A DNA stretch of 64,000 nucleotides, taken from NCBI GenBank assembly GCA_030390025.1, contig CM059432.1, positions 108,750,001-108,814,000 on the forward strand, given 5' to 3'. The notes below the pieces were generated by a model. That model was not told where the DNA came from, searched no databases, and saw only the letters and a list, made by a program, of their open reading frames with translations. Every line of letters starts with the position of its first letter. The stretch's first letter is position 1. A program made the translations under genes and the position numbers. This stretch comes from Squalus acanthias (taxonomy: Eukaryota). Shown here piece after piece: positions 38,400-51,880 of the stretch.

Positions 38400-38960
38400 T
38401 AGGTATTAGACATTAATATGCATGATTCTGTGAATTCATGAAATGCACGCCTCTTTATGTTCCTGAAGGGAGTGGTATTGTAGGTTGGCACCCTAATGGC
38501 TACATGCATTACATCAGTGATGCCTTGCACTGTGGAGAATCTAGCTCGATGGTAAAAGAACAGGCCTCTCTTGTGTTGCTGCCTGTTTTCCATGGGGAAA
38601 TTGCATGATGCCACTGTGCATTGGAGGTTGGGAGATCTAACATATATCTCCTTCTATTGCTTGGAAGCGCCCTGTAACATAGAAATGCAAGGCTGCAGTT
38701 ACCTTGATAGGCACTGACGGAGCTGACTCTTTCCTGCAAGTAGTTTCTAGATCTGGCTGCAAGACTTTGCACAGTTCTGTCATGGCATGTCACAGTTCAG
38801 ATGCTCTCTCCACATTATGAGGCTTTGACCTATTTTAGGGTCACAATGAGATTAGTGCACATTTCACAGGTGCTTCTCTAGCTCTCTGTACAGCATTGTG
38901 CACACCGGGTACTGAGCACGTCTCAGCATCCAGTTCTTCCTCCAGAGCCAGATGTTGAAC
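38400..38960 (-). pseudogene. Old Harbinger transposase remnant
   Basis: ARFSTVQGITDVMHVAIRVP...FRNIK resembles AGFP.VQGAIDCTHVAIRAP...FRNRK. Confidence 0.65.
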
Positions 38961-39939
38961 AGTGCTATGGGTGGCGAATGTTACATTATTAGCCTGATAA
39001 TTTCTCTGTTGTACAGCCATACATGGTCAAGACAGAGGATTTTGTTTGAGAATGAATGCCCTACCATGCTCTTTTAAGTAACCCAGAGTTCCACTTTCAG
39101 GTACAGCAGCCGTTTTCAGCAGAAAGTGTAATTGCCCACAAGCCAAACATTTTCTTTCAGAGGGAGAATCATAATTCTCTGGTCTTTTCTATATTTATTC
39201 ATAGGTTAATATTTGTCTTGGGATTTATAAAGGAAAACATTCTATCATTTATGTTCATACACTATTAATATGTGTATTACAGATTATTATAGTGCAGCGC
39301 TGGGAACAAGGTTAAGAGCAGTGCTGTGATTTAATTTGCTTATATCAAAATGAGAGGTTAGTCATAATATCATTTAATTAAGCAATACCAGCTGCCACAG
39401 GGTGATCTCATGAGGCATTACTATGCATATACAAGATACAAAACAGCCTGTGCATGTTGTGTTTAGCGCAGTTCTCCTCAGTAATTGTTAGCATTGTTGT
39501 GCTATACCCCAGTAGAACTGAATTATTGAAAAAGTGTTGGGCCTCATCAAATGCATTTTATAGCCCCTGGTCTTCTCCTTGTTGACACAGGAATGACCTG
39601 GGGTGCAGGTAAAGCCACCTGCACTGAGCTGTAGAATAAAAAATCGTCATGCGGCATCTTTGTGATGATGTCATTGACTCACAATGCAGAGAAAGTATTA
39701 TAACTATAAACAATGAACTTCGCCATCCCATCGTGTGCAAGACAATAAACACCTTCTTCACACTGAACAAACACCAAGGCTGGAGGCCAAGGTTTTTATT
39801 ACTGCACAGGAGCCATTTAGTGGCAAGTACATTCAGGGATCCTACTTTTATCAGTGTTATATTGCATGCTGAATTTGTAAGATGAAATATGAAAGTGCTC
39901 TTAGAAAGAATAAGTAGAAATAAGAAGTGGTTGCGATTG

Positions 39940-40140
39940 TTGTGTATGTGTGTATGTGTGCAAGCGTGTGTATGAGCATGTGTGTGTATGAGAGTGTGTG
40001 AGCGTGCATGTGTGAGTGTGTGAACATGTGTGTGTGTGTGGGTATGCATGCGTGTGAGTGTGCTGGTGTGTGTGTGTGAGTGTGCATGTGTGTGAGCTTG
40101 TGGGTTCCTACGTGTGTGAGCGTGCATGTGTGTGTGTGTG
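39940..40140. repeat. (TG)-rich low-complexity repeat
   Basis: Seen directly. Confidence 0.9.
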
Positions 40141-41690
40141 CTGATTTCCAGAATTTGGACAACTTGCTGCAGTCTTAACAGAATTATAATGACTCAACAG
40201 TCATCAACCCAATAACAGCCCATGTAATACGCCTGATGATAGATGTCTCATTGTGAGGTTCAATGCCTTGATGTCAGGTGTCAATTTATCTGAGCCCTGC
40301 TTTCAGCAGGGAGCTTCGCCAAAGGTCAGGAAATTGGGACCCAAATTGTTCAAAGGTTCCAGCAGTCTCCAAAGCTGCGCAGGTTGCACCATTTCTGGGG
40401 GTTTCCGCAAGGACTAATAAAGGGTGGAACCTCCATCTTTCCCTTGCTTGGGCATCCGTGTCAGAGAGGGTGTGGCCATGGGCGGGGAGTCTCAAAGCTG
40501 GGAGTTCTAGCAGTCTCGACCTACAGGGGACCCAGCATAAAATCAAAGGCCGATACACCGAAGGAGAAGAGGTACCTGTGCAAGTGAGCCCCACCTGGGA
40601 CGGGGGTTCCAGGTGGGGATTGGGGTCTGAATCCCTGAAGAAAAGGAACAATGGCTGGGGTTTTGTTCTCGGAGTTGGCCCAGCACAACCCCAGTTGGCA
40701 ACTTACAGTGCACTGTGTGTCCTCTTCAGATGGTGTGCCTAAGATATATCCCCTCCAAGCACCAAAGACTCTTTTTGTGTGGTCCCGCCCATGAGCTTCG
40801 GCAGGGTCAGCGACAGTGGGTGCAAACCCAGCCCTTATGCCAGGATGCACTCACCCATGGGTTTTTGGGCTCATAATATGCAGCATCCACCCAGATTCCA
40901 ATTTGAGCTCTCAGCAGGCGAGGCTGTTCACCAGAAGCAGCACGTCAGAAAGTTACCCCTTATATCTGATGTTGTAATGTCATGAAACAAGGTCATGTTG
41001 TTGTTGTGTTTGTATAGGTCGATCGCATTCTGCGTTGTAAAGTCACTGAAGTGTGTAATTAATTTTAGTTATGCCATAAAATGGATGCGCACATCATTTG
41101 CAACCTTTTAGGTGATAAAGATTGGCTATTAAGTAGCAAAAAGTTTTCAAACTTGTTACAAACTTACAAAGAGTGGATATTTTTCAGCATTATGGTCCCT
41201 GTGAATGAACACAAATGTTCTCTAATCAGAGCATGATTGTTTGCCTCAGAAGGTGTTAAAGTCTCCTCCAATTACAACTGGATACCTTTCTTGCTTTTAA
41301 TTGGATAGATTAGCATAGACTGGCGGACTCCATTCATTGTGCAGGGTCCAAACAGGTCATTTCAGCAGTTACTGATTATAGAGCCTGACTATAGTAGCTA
41401 AGCGCTAAATTCAAGAAATGACTAGTCCAATTTCAACAGATATACTATGAGGTCAGGAAGCATGTGACAGATGAGGTGTAATTGAGTGCAGACAGTGAGG
41501 GAAAAAGTCAACAGTCACTTGTCTTAAGTCTATTTTAGTAATGAGCTGAAAAATTAACTATATTACCCAACAGCAGTCAATTAATCACCTTCAATAAAAT
41601 TGCTACTTTTTACAGCCTTAATTTGTAACCCACTATGTAACTTAAAGAATTACACTTGTTTAAATGTGAAAAAGCCTTACAACTGCTCAG

Positions 41691-41704
41691 GTTGCCATGG
41701 TAAC
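41691..41704. promoter_or_regulatory. RFX X-box motif GTTGCCATGGTAAC
   Basis: Fits the GTNRCC(N0-3)RGYAAC consensus and is near-palindromic. Lies in repeat-free DNA about 285 bp before the exon. Confidence 0.5.
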
Positions 41705-41987
41705 GCTCTAGCATGAAGCACAACAGTCTCAAGATATGCTTCTCTCCAACTGCCCATTAGATCAGGGGCATGTCTAGGGCAGGTCCCACAAGCATTGAAG
41801 GGTTGGAGACCACTGGCATAGACTTAAGAAGAAATCTAATCAAGTGTTGTATATTTGAAGTATCAGAAAATGATCCAATAAGATGATGTTGACAGGCAGT
41901 GAGGCCTAACGTGGCCAAACTGTAGCTACCATTTAACATGGGGAATATTCATACTAATTGCTAAATTACTCTTTCTGTTCTTTCCAG

Positions 41988-42216
41988 CCATTGTTGACAG
42001 CACAACAGCTGGCCTCAGCCGTAGCAGGAGTGATGCCAACGAGCAATCCCGCCCTCAATCAGCCAATCCTCATACCGTTTAATATGGCCGGTCAGCTTGG
42101 CAACCAGCAAGGCCTTGTCCTCACACTGCCGACTGCTAATTTAACCAACATCCAGGGTCTGGTTGCAGCAGCTGCTGCCGGAGGCATTATGACATTACCA
42201 CTGCAAAACCTGCAAG
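41988..42216 (+). CDS. POU6F2: POU6F2 internal coding exon, 229 bp
   Basis: Polypyrimidine tract ctctttctgttctttccag|CCA, donor CAAG|gtaagc. Encodes PLLTAQQLASAVAGVMPTSNPALNQPILIPFNMAGQLGNQQGLVLTLPTANLTNIQGLVAAAAAGGIMTLPLQNLQ, nearly identical to the POU6F2 N-terminal region from memory. It directly follows the 21126 exon in the protein. Confidence 0.95.
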
Positions 42217-43117
42217 GTAAGCAACAATCACTGAACAACAAGCTTGACATTTTCTTCTCTCGGATTGATCAGGAACTCTATGACTGTGCTCACAGATTGG
42301 CACTTTCTTCCGAACTTAATCTGCTTTCATTACTTCCAACTATTATCTAACATTGACAGCCTATCAAACAATCGTCAGTAATACTGCAGCATTTTTGATC
42401 TGTTTTATATGTGAGTGCCTTATTTTCACTAACAACGATACAAGGGTAATTTTCTGTCAGATGTTGAAGATATATTTGGCAGTCGATATCAAGGACTGAC
42501 TTGAGCCTAAACTGATTTTCTGCTGACTATAATAAGTTTATTTACTCTGCAGATATATATTGCATTATTAGCAAAATGAAAGAGTACTAGAATGGGGAAT
42601 ATTGTTCAATCATTAATGCAGGGTCTGGCACTAGAGTCAGGTGTGCCTTTCAATCAATAGTTCAACATCTAGCTTGATGGTCATTTCTGTCACAGGACTT
42701 TACCTCTGTGCTCATAGGGGATGAAGTGTCCCAAAGAGGTGCTGTTTTACTTTTATTCATAGCAGCAACTTCCAGTACAATACCAGTGTTTCTAAAATAA
42801 ACATTTGTTGTCCCTTCATATGAACATTTTTCCATTGAGTTTCTCTGTATCCAGACCTGACATTGCATTTGTGGCAGGCCGAGACTTCTGGTCACTGGTG
42901 ACTTGTGTCCCTGATCCAATCCCATTTTCCAGGGTCAAGAGCATTATCAGGTGTGTGGTGGGAACCTGTGTCATTAGCAGGCAACTGTGGTGCCTACTAA
43001 CTCCCAGCATGGCCCAGGTTCAGCATTAGTGGACTGCCCAAAGACATTTAACAAAAAGGTTGCCCATTGGTTTCATTTGCCAGTTTTGTACTACAGTAGA
43101 AAACACCCCAGCCCTTT

Positions 43118-43232
43118 TGATTTTAACTGCTTCCGACACCTTACCAATGCTGGGCACCAGGGATACACAGGTGATTTTAACTGCTTCCGACACCCTACCA
43201 ATACTGGGCACCAGGGATACACAGGTGATTTT
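43118..43232. repeat. 54-bp tandem duplication
   Basis: tgattttaactgcttccgacacc...gggatacacagg at 43118 and 43172, with 2 mismatches. Confidence 0.92.
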
Positions 43233-43439
43233 GTGCCCAGAGTTGCTAAGGCACCCATGTGATAATGACGTTGTGCAACATCATTCCACCATTTGCATGC
43301 GCCGGCCCATTCATGGTTTGGCATACTATGCACAAACCCAAATGGGCCAACATTTTTAACGGTGCAAAAAAGTGCAGGGATCCAGCATAATCGGGTCCTG
43401 CCCTTGCCTGCCCCAAATTTAACATTATTACCCCCAAAA

Positions 43440-43760
43440 ATATGTGGAAGTAGAGGGCCTTTATGTCAGAACAAGGGGACATAGATTAAATGCAAGAGAT
43501 TAAGGACAGAAATCAAGAGACTTTTTTTTTATACATTGGGTTGTGACGTTGTGGAAGGCACTACCAGAGTTAGTGATTGAAACAGAGAGCATGTCAGCAT
43601 TTAAGATTAGGTTAGATAGAAGGTTGAAGGAAAGGGGAACAAAGAAATATGGGAACACGGTAGGAATATGGGAATAGGACTACTGCTCATATGGAGAATG
43701 AACACCATCAAGGATTAGTTGGGCCAAACAATCTGTTTCCATGTTGTAATTTCGATGTAA
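43440..43760 (+). mobile_element. Degenerate CR1 3' end
   Basis: agaacaaggggacataga ... gggccaaacaatctgtttccatgttgtaa. Confidence 0.7.
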
Positions 43761-45451
43761 CTTCCAGAAAATCCAAAAATGTTAACAATTTTCAATTAAA
43801 ATCTTCAATGCTTTTACAAAGGATAAAAATAGATTATCCTGCATTTATTACGTTATTAAATGCATCAACATCCAATTTGGTTACAAACAATGTCTTGCAC
43901 AATGCCAGACTGATGGTTGTGGAGATCTAAATAAATACTACTGCTGGAAATGAACTGAGAAGAGTTAGAATGAATCAGCTGAAGTGGGAATGCTGCATAG
44001 TATGCATGTTTGGGTTAAATTTGTTTTAGGTCATGCTTGATAATGCAGGCCTATTGCTGTGTGTCTGTCTGTCAAGAGTACCTAAATCTAATCATAATAA
44101 CATAAACGTTGCACTCAGCCTATATATCCTGTTGCAGTGACAATCTGCGTGTATAATCGGGCTTTGCAAACAGTGCTGCTCCAATTCAGGTTACACTTAA
44201 TGATCTGCATCTTGTTTAAAAGGTGAGGACTGCAGCCAAAGAGGTCTGCACAACAATTGTACTACGGTAGGCTTTCCTCTCAGCTCCATCCACCTGCTTT
44301 CATACTAAATAAAATCTCCAGAGATGGAATGGCACCACTTAACTTTTGTTAGTGCTGGATTGATGGGTATTTTTAGGTGGATTGTTCATTAAGACTGAAG
44401 GTTCTCTAAAATATTACAAGCACTTGCTGTCACAGTAACTCATGGGGAGGCCATAGCAGTCAAGCAGAACGGTAGTTAATTTATAATTTAACCCCAGCTC
44501 TTTGGTGCACAGTGCCCTTGGTCTAAGGTGTGTGAAAGGTCCATTTCTTCGCATGACAGCTGTAAACTAATAATGAACAATTGTAGCCCTTTAATAGCCA
44601 TTTAGTCAGCGATCTCAGCCATTGCTAGTTCACCCCATATCTTTTGGTATTTATTCTCAAAAGCCGAAGGTTTCTAAAACCACTGAGAAGGTTTGAGATT
44701 ATGGAAAGTGGTGCAAAATTCAAGAGAGTATGGGACTCATAAAGGTGTCAGTCGATTCAGGAACTGCTGACCATCCACCCTCCTGTTGCAGGAGTTCTGG
44801 GCTTATGACAAGTTCTTCCTGCTGCCCTGTGCTGGTCTTATTTTCTTTCTGTTTGCTGGCTGTACTTGTTTTTATTTTCTGGTTGTTAACATGAATTATC
44901 TTATTAAAGTGCTAATCTATGATTCTTCAGTTGGCTGCTTCATGAAGAGAGTTTGAACATAGAAGCAAGTGTGAAATATTCACCTTCCTGGTTCAGCTTC
45001 ATTTTGACATTGGCACTCCTGTTCCGATTTTATTTTGGTAACTGATAAGTTTTGTGTTACAATGCTAAGCCTTAACCACACTGCATTGAAATTGTGCTGA
45101 TATATGAAACAGAAGTGTACACACAGCAATGAATTATTATTTAAAGGGAATTGAAGCCGCACGATGAAACATTTTTATTGAAATCTGTAGCACTTGCTAT
45201 AATAATTCACAGTAGCAAAAATCACCAGTTAAATCCATGTATGTTCATCTGAAACCAGCAGACAAAACAGCTGAACTAAGCAACAGGATCCAACAAAGCT
45301 GCTGTAATGCCTTATTAACTCACTCTGTGAGTGTATCTTAAGCATAAGACTACGTTCGTTATCCAAATGTGCAGCGCATATTGCTGAAATAATTGTGCAT
45401 ATCTTTGCTTATTGTTTTTTCCCTTTTCCTGACCAAGTTTTGCAGAAGTCA

Positions 45452-45637
45452 GTGGGGGATTTTATGACATTGGGCGATAGTGTAAAACAGACGATATTGA
45501 ATCAGCCGCCCATTATACATCTCTCCCGACTTTAATTTCTATTGAAGTGTGAGGGAATGAAATGTTAGAGATGTATATTGAGCGGCTGATTCGATATTGC
45601 CCATTTCACGCTATCACCCAAAGTCACAATTATTCCA
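45452..45637. mobile_element. Palindromic fold-back MITE (family C)
   Basis: Arms tgacattgggcgatagtgtaaaacagacgatattgaatcagccgc / gcggctgattcgatattgcccatttcacgctatcacccaaagtca. Confidence 0.75.
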
Positions 45638-45915
45638 GTGTCTTCGTACCACATTGAACTGCTTCACAATGTGCCATGTGAGTATTTGCTTTGGAGTTTT
45701 AAACAAACACTAATCCCTTCTTCATACTGTCAAATGGAGAGTATTTGTCAATAAAAATCCGCAACTGTGCAGTGTAAACTGATGAGGTTTAGCCTCTAGA
45801 TCAGCCCAGTATGTCTGCCAAAGAAACTTGTACAAAACGTATGTACATACCCATGTCAACATCTGCTGTAGATGTAGGTCTACATTTGCATCTGGTGTAG
45901 ATGTAAACTCAAATC

Positions 45916-46700
45916 GGGGTGAATTGGTCTTCACTAATAGTGCAAAAGTCCTGCTACAACTGTACACCACACCTTGAGTACCGCGTACAGTTTTGGTCTC
46001 TTTATTTAAGGAAGGATATACTTGCATTGCATTGCAGGCAGTTCAGAGATGATTCACTAGGTTAATTCCAGAGATGAGGGGGTTGGCTTATGAAGAAAGG
46101 TTGAGCAAGGTTGGACCTATACTCATTGGAATTTAGAAGACTGAGAGGTGATCTTATTGAAACATATAAGATACTGAGGAGGCTCGACAAGGTAGATGCA
46201 GAGAGGATGTTTCCCCTCGTGGGGAAATCTAGAACTTGGGGACATAGTTTCAGAATAAAGCGTCGCCCTTTTAGAACTGAGATGAGGAGGAATTTCTTCT
46301 CTCAGGGGGTCGTAAATCTGTGGAGTTCTCTGCCCCAGAGAGCTGTGGAGGCCGGGTCATTAAATACATTTAAGGTGGAGATAGACAGATTTTTGCAAGA
46401 TAAGGGAGTGAAGGGTTATGGGGAGCGGGCAGGGAAGTGGCTTTGAGCCCAAGATCAGCCATGATCTTATTGAATGGCGGAGCAGGCTCGAGGGGCCAAG
46501 TGGCCTATTCCTGCTCCTATTTCTTATGTTCTTATGTTCTTAAAAGGGGTGATAGCGAAGCACCAGCCCGTTTTACACCCTGCCTGATTTTCTTTTCTAT
46601 TGAAGGCAGTGGATAAGAAAATTGGGCGGGATAAGAAAATGAGCCGCCGATTCACTATTGCTCATTTTTTGCCCTGTTGTTAAAGACCAATTTCATCCCC
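45916..46700. mobile_element. Family C MITE interrupted by a + strand CR1 3' fragment (about 45949-46541)
   Basis: TIRs GGGGTGAATTGGTCTT / AAGACCAATTTCATCCCC. AAAAG flanks the CR1 insert. CR1 ORF 46111..46446. Confidence 0.8.
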
Positions 46701-47471
46701 AACATCTGACATATGTACATGATGTGTATATGATTAAGAAGAAAGATATCACACGTTCCATTTTGCAGACGAACCATTCTTGCAGCCTCTCTGCCTGAAT
46801 TAAGGGTAGCTTTTGTGGTGTGGGCCTACACCCAGTTTGAACTGGATTGAACCTACCTAAAACTCAATTCCCACTGGATCATTACAGCCAGACAGACTGG
46901 GCTTTCTTTCCATCAATCTGGGCTGTATTATACTCCACATGAGCCTTCTCCCATCATACTTCATCTAACCCTATCAGCATATCCTTCGATTTTTTCCCCC
47001 TTCATGTGCTAATATAACTTCCCCTTAAATGCATGTGTGCTATTCCCCTCAACTACTCCATGTGGTAGCAAGTTCCATATTTTAACCTTTTAGGTCACAC
47101 ATTTAGGCTTTACTTTATCTTGAACCCTCCTTTTTGAGGGATATATAAAGCTTTCTTGTTCTTCAGCATTAATTTAAAAATATGCCATTTTTCTTCCGTA
47201 TTACAATTTATAGGATTATAACAAGATTCCCCAAAGTACTTTCCCCAAAACTTCCCTCATCAGTGAAAACTTAGCCCTCCTGAAACTTGGTACTAATATT
47301 AAATTACCAGCAGTATTAGGTCACCTCATCAACTGAAATCTAATGATACAATGATCAGTGGCCCAGATGCTGCTCCACATAGATATTAGATATCAGGACC
47401 CTAATAAGCTGATACTCTCCCCTAACATGTTAAATAAGGTTACAATTATTATATCATCAACAAGTAACTTA

Positions 47472-49561
47472 GGCTGGAATTTTCATGGGAATCAGCGGGC
47501 GGGATTGGTGGCAGGTCGGGTAGGAAATTTGATATTTTTGACAGTGGGTCAGGACCCTGCTGTCAACCTGCCGCCACGCGCCTTTCCTGATGTTGGGTCT
47601 GTCAGCGCTGAGCAGACCCGACAGGCAATGGCGGGTGACCCAATTCAGGTAATTAGTGGCTTGTTTAGAGCCATTTAAGAATGATTTTCAGTTTAGCTTT
47701 TGCATTTGACAGCTCATCCACGCTGGTCGTGGACCATGTCTGTCGAGCTGAGGCGGGAGTTCAGTGGCCATTGAATCAGCTGATGAGTTGTCGGCTTCAA
47801 ATGTACAGTAAAAGCTCCCACCTGACTGATACTCACTTTCCTCAGGCAGAAGCTTTTTCTCACTCCATTTCCAGCCCACATTCTGCAGGCTTTCCACTTT
47901 CCACTCTCCAACCTCTCTCAACTCATTGGAAGAACTCTCTCATCATTGACAGAATGCTTCTGTCATCTCTACTTCACCTGTCATCTATTCCATCAACATG
48001 GGTGCCCTTTATACTCTCTCACCTTGGTCCTCAGAATCCCACCACGATCAGCCCTAACACCAGCAGCACCAGGCACACCAGCAGCACCAACAACAACACC
48101 AACCTTCTCCGCAATCAACTGATGCTGCACAGAACACAGGGCATCAGCACCCGACCACATTGCTGCCCGGGAGGCCAGGGATGGCCTCATCATGGCCAGA
48201 TTTACTTCACTTGACGCTGTACACTCTGGCTGCCACATGATGCGCCAGGTTGGCACCACCCCACACCAACACCATAAATCATCCCTACAATGCCCAAGCC
48301 ATTCCTTTCACACTCATCACCATTGTGGGGGGTACAGTTATGTCTCACCATTCATTGCAACTCACTAAGCCACTTCCAAAGGTGCACACATATCCATCCA
48401 AGAACGCAAAGGGTAGATGCAGAGAGGATGTTTCCCCTCGTGGGGGAATCTAGAACTAGGGGGCATAATTTCAGAATAAGGGGGCACCCATTTAAATCGG
48501 AAATGAGGAGGAATGTCTTCTCTCAGAGGGTCGTGAATCTTTGGAATTCTCTTCCCCAGAGAGCTGTGGAGGCTGGGTCATTGAATATATTTAAGGTGGA
48601 GATAGACAGATTTTTGAATGGTAAGGGAGTCAAGGGTTATGGTGAGCGGGCAGCGAAGTGGAGTTGAGGCCAAGATCAGATCAGCCATGATCTTATTGAA
48701 TGGCGGAGCAGGCTCGAGGGGCCAAATGACCTACTCCTGTCTTGTGTTCTTATGAAAATAAAGGTTTCAATGTTTAACACCACATTAACAGAAACTTTAC
48801 ATGAACATTGCATAAAAAACCCAAGTGCCTACCCTTTTGTGTTGTTAGTTGGTATGATTGTACTAGGATGAGGGTGAGTGTGAGGGGTAGCTCGTGAGAT
48901 GGGGATGTGATAATATAGATAGAGAGGGATGGGTGGAGGTGCAAAGTAAGTTGGTGTGAGTAAAGATGTGCAGGAGTAGGGTAGGGAAGGCAGAGTGATG
49001 GGGCTGTGATGAGAGGCACAGCAGGATGAGGTTGAGTGTGGCTTTGTACTAACGTTTCGTGATCTACTGAGATCATTGATATATTTGTGGCACTGCACCC
49101 AGGTCCTCCTGACCACATCCCTGCTTGTGCCCTCCTCTGCAATGTGCAACCAGGCTGTCTTGATCTCCTGGGGAGTTCTCTTCCGCCCATCGGAAGGGAA
49201 GAGGACCTCCCTGTGTGCTCTGACTCCCTCCATATGGAGGGAGTCATGGGAGAACCTGGGTGCAGCCCTCTGTGCAGTCATTGTCAGTGTTTGCAGAACC
49301 TCAATGCTGTAGAACACTGACAGCACAAATGTCAAAATCAATTTGGCTTTGGTCCCTTTAAGGAAACCGGCTGATGACGCGTTATCAAATGACGTCACCA
49401 GACCCACTTCATCTAATTGGCCGGGAAACGAGCCGGGCGGGCTTAACAAGCCCCATCAAGGGAAATTTATTTCTCAGAGCGGGATGGAGCCAGCAGCGGG
49501 GCCGCGACCCACCACCGACATCGCCGACACCGGACCTGCCAAGGTGAGCAAAATCCCGGCC
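47472..49561. mobile_element. Internally deleted Harbinger element, TTA TSD, with a Myb/SANT exon (minus, about 49280-49055) and a nested CR1 tail (about 48411-48755)
   Basis: TIRs GGCTGGAATTTT / AAAATCCCGGCC. TTA at 47469-71 and 49562-64. Encodes MTAQRAAPRFSHDSL..VRAHREVLFPSDGRK..AWLHIAEE..RRTWVQCHK.INDL. Confidence 0.88.
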
Positions 49562-50609
49562 TTAGTCTTACCTCTGTCTGCACATGACTGCACTTCTAAT
49601 TTGTTTAGAATGTTCTCTGTCAGATTCTACCTGTTGTTCCAGAGGCCTTTAACGCATACCAAGGAGCGACCTTGGATCAACCCCCCTTGGATGTAACTGG
49701 ATCTAAACTGTTTCAACTCCCTCCTTCCACCCTCTCAGTTGCAGTTATTTCCTCTTTAACAAATAAAGCTGCAGCCCCTTGATACATTAAGTAGGTTTCT
49801 TTACTTTTTTTTTAACTGTAGTTTTGTTTTTACTTCCATGTTTCACACTGCCCTTATGGGTGAGCCCTAAACTCCGTCCGTTCCAGAGAGTGTTTTCACT
49901 TCCCTGGATATCAAGATGATTTTATAGCACGCCCAAGGGATTAAAAGAGAACCTTCTTCAGTTTATTGCAGCTGCTGGTTTTATTCTGTGCTTTTATGTG
50001 ATTTTCCTTGTCTTCAGAAAGCAGCAGAATAGCACTACATTCGACTTTGACTTAGACGTTAACTGCCAAATAAATTTATTAAACAGTGTAGCAGTAATAC
50101 AGTATATGGACTAAAAATTTGTTTGCGTAGCGCCTGTTGCTTGGGTGCTGTTTTGAGTTGAAAAAGCCGTTTGAGCCACACGCGCAAAATTCCGGTGCAG
50201 GCCCCGCCGGACACCATCTTGGTGAGGGAGGTAGCGTCGGCACTGGGAGCATGTGACAGAAGTATGTAGAGTAGGCAGATCGTGACGTTAATTAGTGTGC
50301 AACACTGATTTGACACCAGCGCTATAATTTTCGTTCTCAACGCTGAAAGTAATGCCTTGTGCTAACCTCACACAGCTGAACATGCATTCAGCAGCTGCAA
50401 GAATCCCCTAGCAGCGATATTTAAAGGGATCATCAACCACTCTCAGGTCAGTTGCTGATTAATTTCTACTGGCTCTGTTTAAGTTTGTGGGAGTGTTTGG
50501 AGCTTTCTAGAGTTGTTTAAAGTTGGTCAGGTGACGGAGTGGTGCTGCAAGTGGAGAAGGCCTTGCTTCTGACTTCAAGGGTTCTGGTTAGACCACTTGC
50601 TCCCAGTCG

Positions 50610-51880
50610 TTGGGTGCTCTAGTTATCATCCCCCTTGGCCTGCAGCATGACAGGGAGATGGAGCAGAGGCACGAAGAAGAGGAAAAGCAGCTCGCAGAGG
50701 GAGGAGGAGGAGGGGGAGCAGGGCTCTCAGCAGGAGGCCTTACCCACCTAGGGTCTTCCAAGAGCAATTCTCTTACCTCAACATGAGCCAGGAGCAGTGT
50801 GTGAGGTGTCTGCGCTTTCTGAAGGAGGTGATCACAGAACTCTGCCACCTCTTGCAACCAGACCTGCAGCCTCACACCAGACAGCGCTGCCAGTGACTGT
50901 GAAGGCCCTGAATTTCTTTGCATCGGGTTCAATGTTCTCTCTAATTTTTTTTTCCTACGCGGGCCCTTTAAATCTGCTGCGCAGTATCTCTTCCAGCGGC
51001 AGCGGCTGGTGAGCAACCTGCACATGACCTTGTGATTGATACGTGGTCGTGAGGCCGCGCACATTAGGGGGAACATTGGTCGGCATCCTTCCAGGCTGGA
51101 GCAGGCGACATCTGTAACATCTCCCAGTTCGCCGTCCACTGCTGCATAAGAGAGATGACAGAGGTTCTTTATGCCAAGAGAGGGGACTTCATTGTCCGCG
51201 GAGCGTGCACGTGGCTTTGCCAGGATAGCGGGCTTCCCCATGGTGCAGGGCGCCATCGACTGCACGCATGTGGCTTTGCCAGCACTGCATCTAAATGCTG
51301 AGATGTACCACAACTGCAAATGTTACCACTCACCGAATGAGCAGTTTGTGTGAGACCATGCTCAGCGCATCATGATGGTAAATGCCTGGTACCCTCGCAG
51401 CAGTCATGATGCTTTCATGTTGTGCCAGTCCGCTGTCCCCTCAGTCTTTGAGCCACCACGACAAACCAGAGGGTGGCTACTGGACGACAAGTCCTATCCA
51501 CTGACACTGACCACCTGTCTCTCGACTTTGCTCCGCAACCCAACCACACGTGGGCAGTATGCGTACAATGAGAACCATGCTGCTACATGGAATCTGATAG
51601 AGCAGACCATTGGCGTCCTTAAACAATGCTTCCGCTGCCTGGACCACTCTGGAGGAGCCTTGCAGTACTCACCAGAAAGCGTCTCAAGATTCATCGTGGT
51701 CTGCTGCATGCTCCACAACCTCACCATCATGAGGGCCCAGCAGGTATACGACAACCAGCTGAGGAGGAGGAGGAAGTGGAAGTTGAAGAGGAGGAAGCAG
51801 ATGGGAGGAGGCAACCCAGACAGCCCCTTTCTGCCCAGGCTGTCCGTGATCGACTCATCTGACTGCGGTATGAGTAAATA
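50610..51880 (+). pseudogene. Harbinger DDE transposase (HARBI1-like), disrupted
   Basis: GFPMVQGAIDCTHVAL, YPRSSHDAF, LLDDKSYP and LIEQTIGVLKQCFRCLD. Has a stop near 51353, frameshifts and a MITE insertion. Confidence 0.9.
50930..51078. mobile_element. 149-bp hAT-type MITE inserted in the Harbinger transposase
   Basis: 16-bp TIRs CAATGTTCTCTCTAAT / ATTAGGGGGAACATTG. Decayed 8-bp TSD atcgggtt / gtcggcat. It splits FFASGS|FQAG. Confidence 0.78.

Noticed and set aside
41958..42350. Single-exon 130-aa ORF as listed in the track
   Set aside because: Only 41988-42216 resembles POU6F2 and is bounded by AG/GT; the remainder is intron read-through.
50610..51880. Host HARBI1 gene
   Set aside because: It lies between TIRs with a TSD, has stops, frameshifts and a MITE insertion, and has several paralogous remnants in the window.
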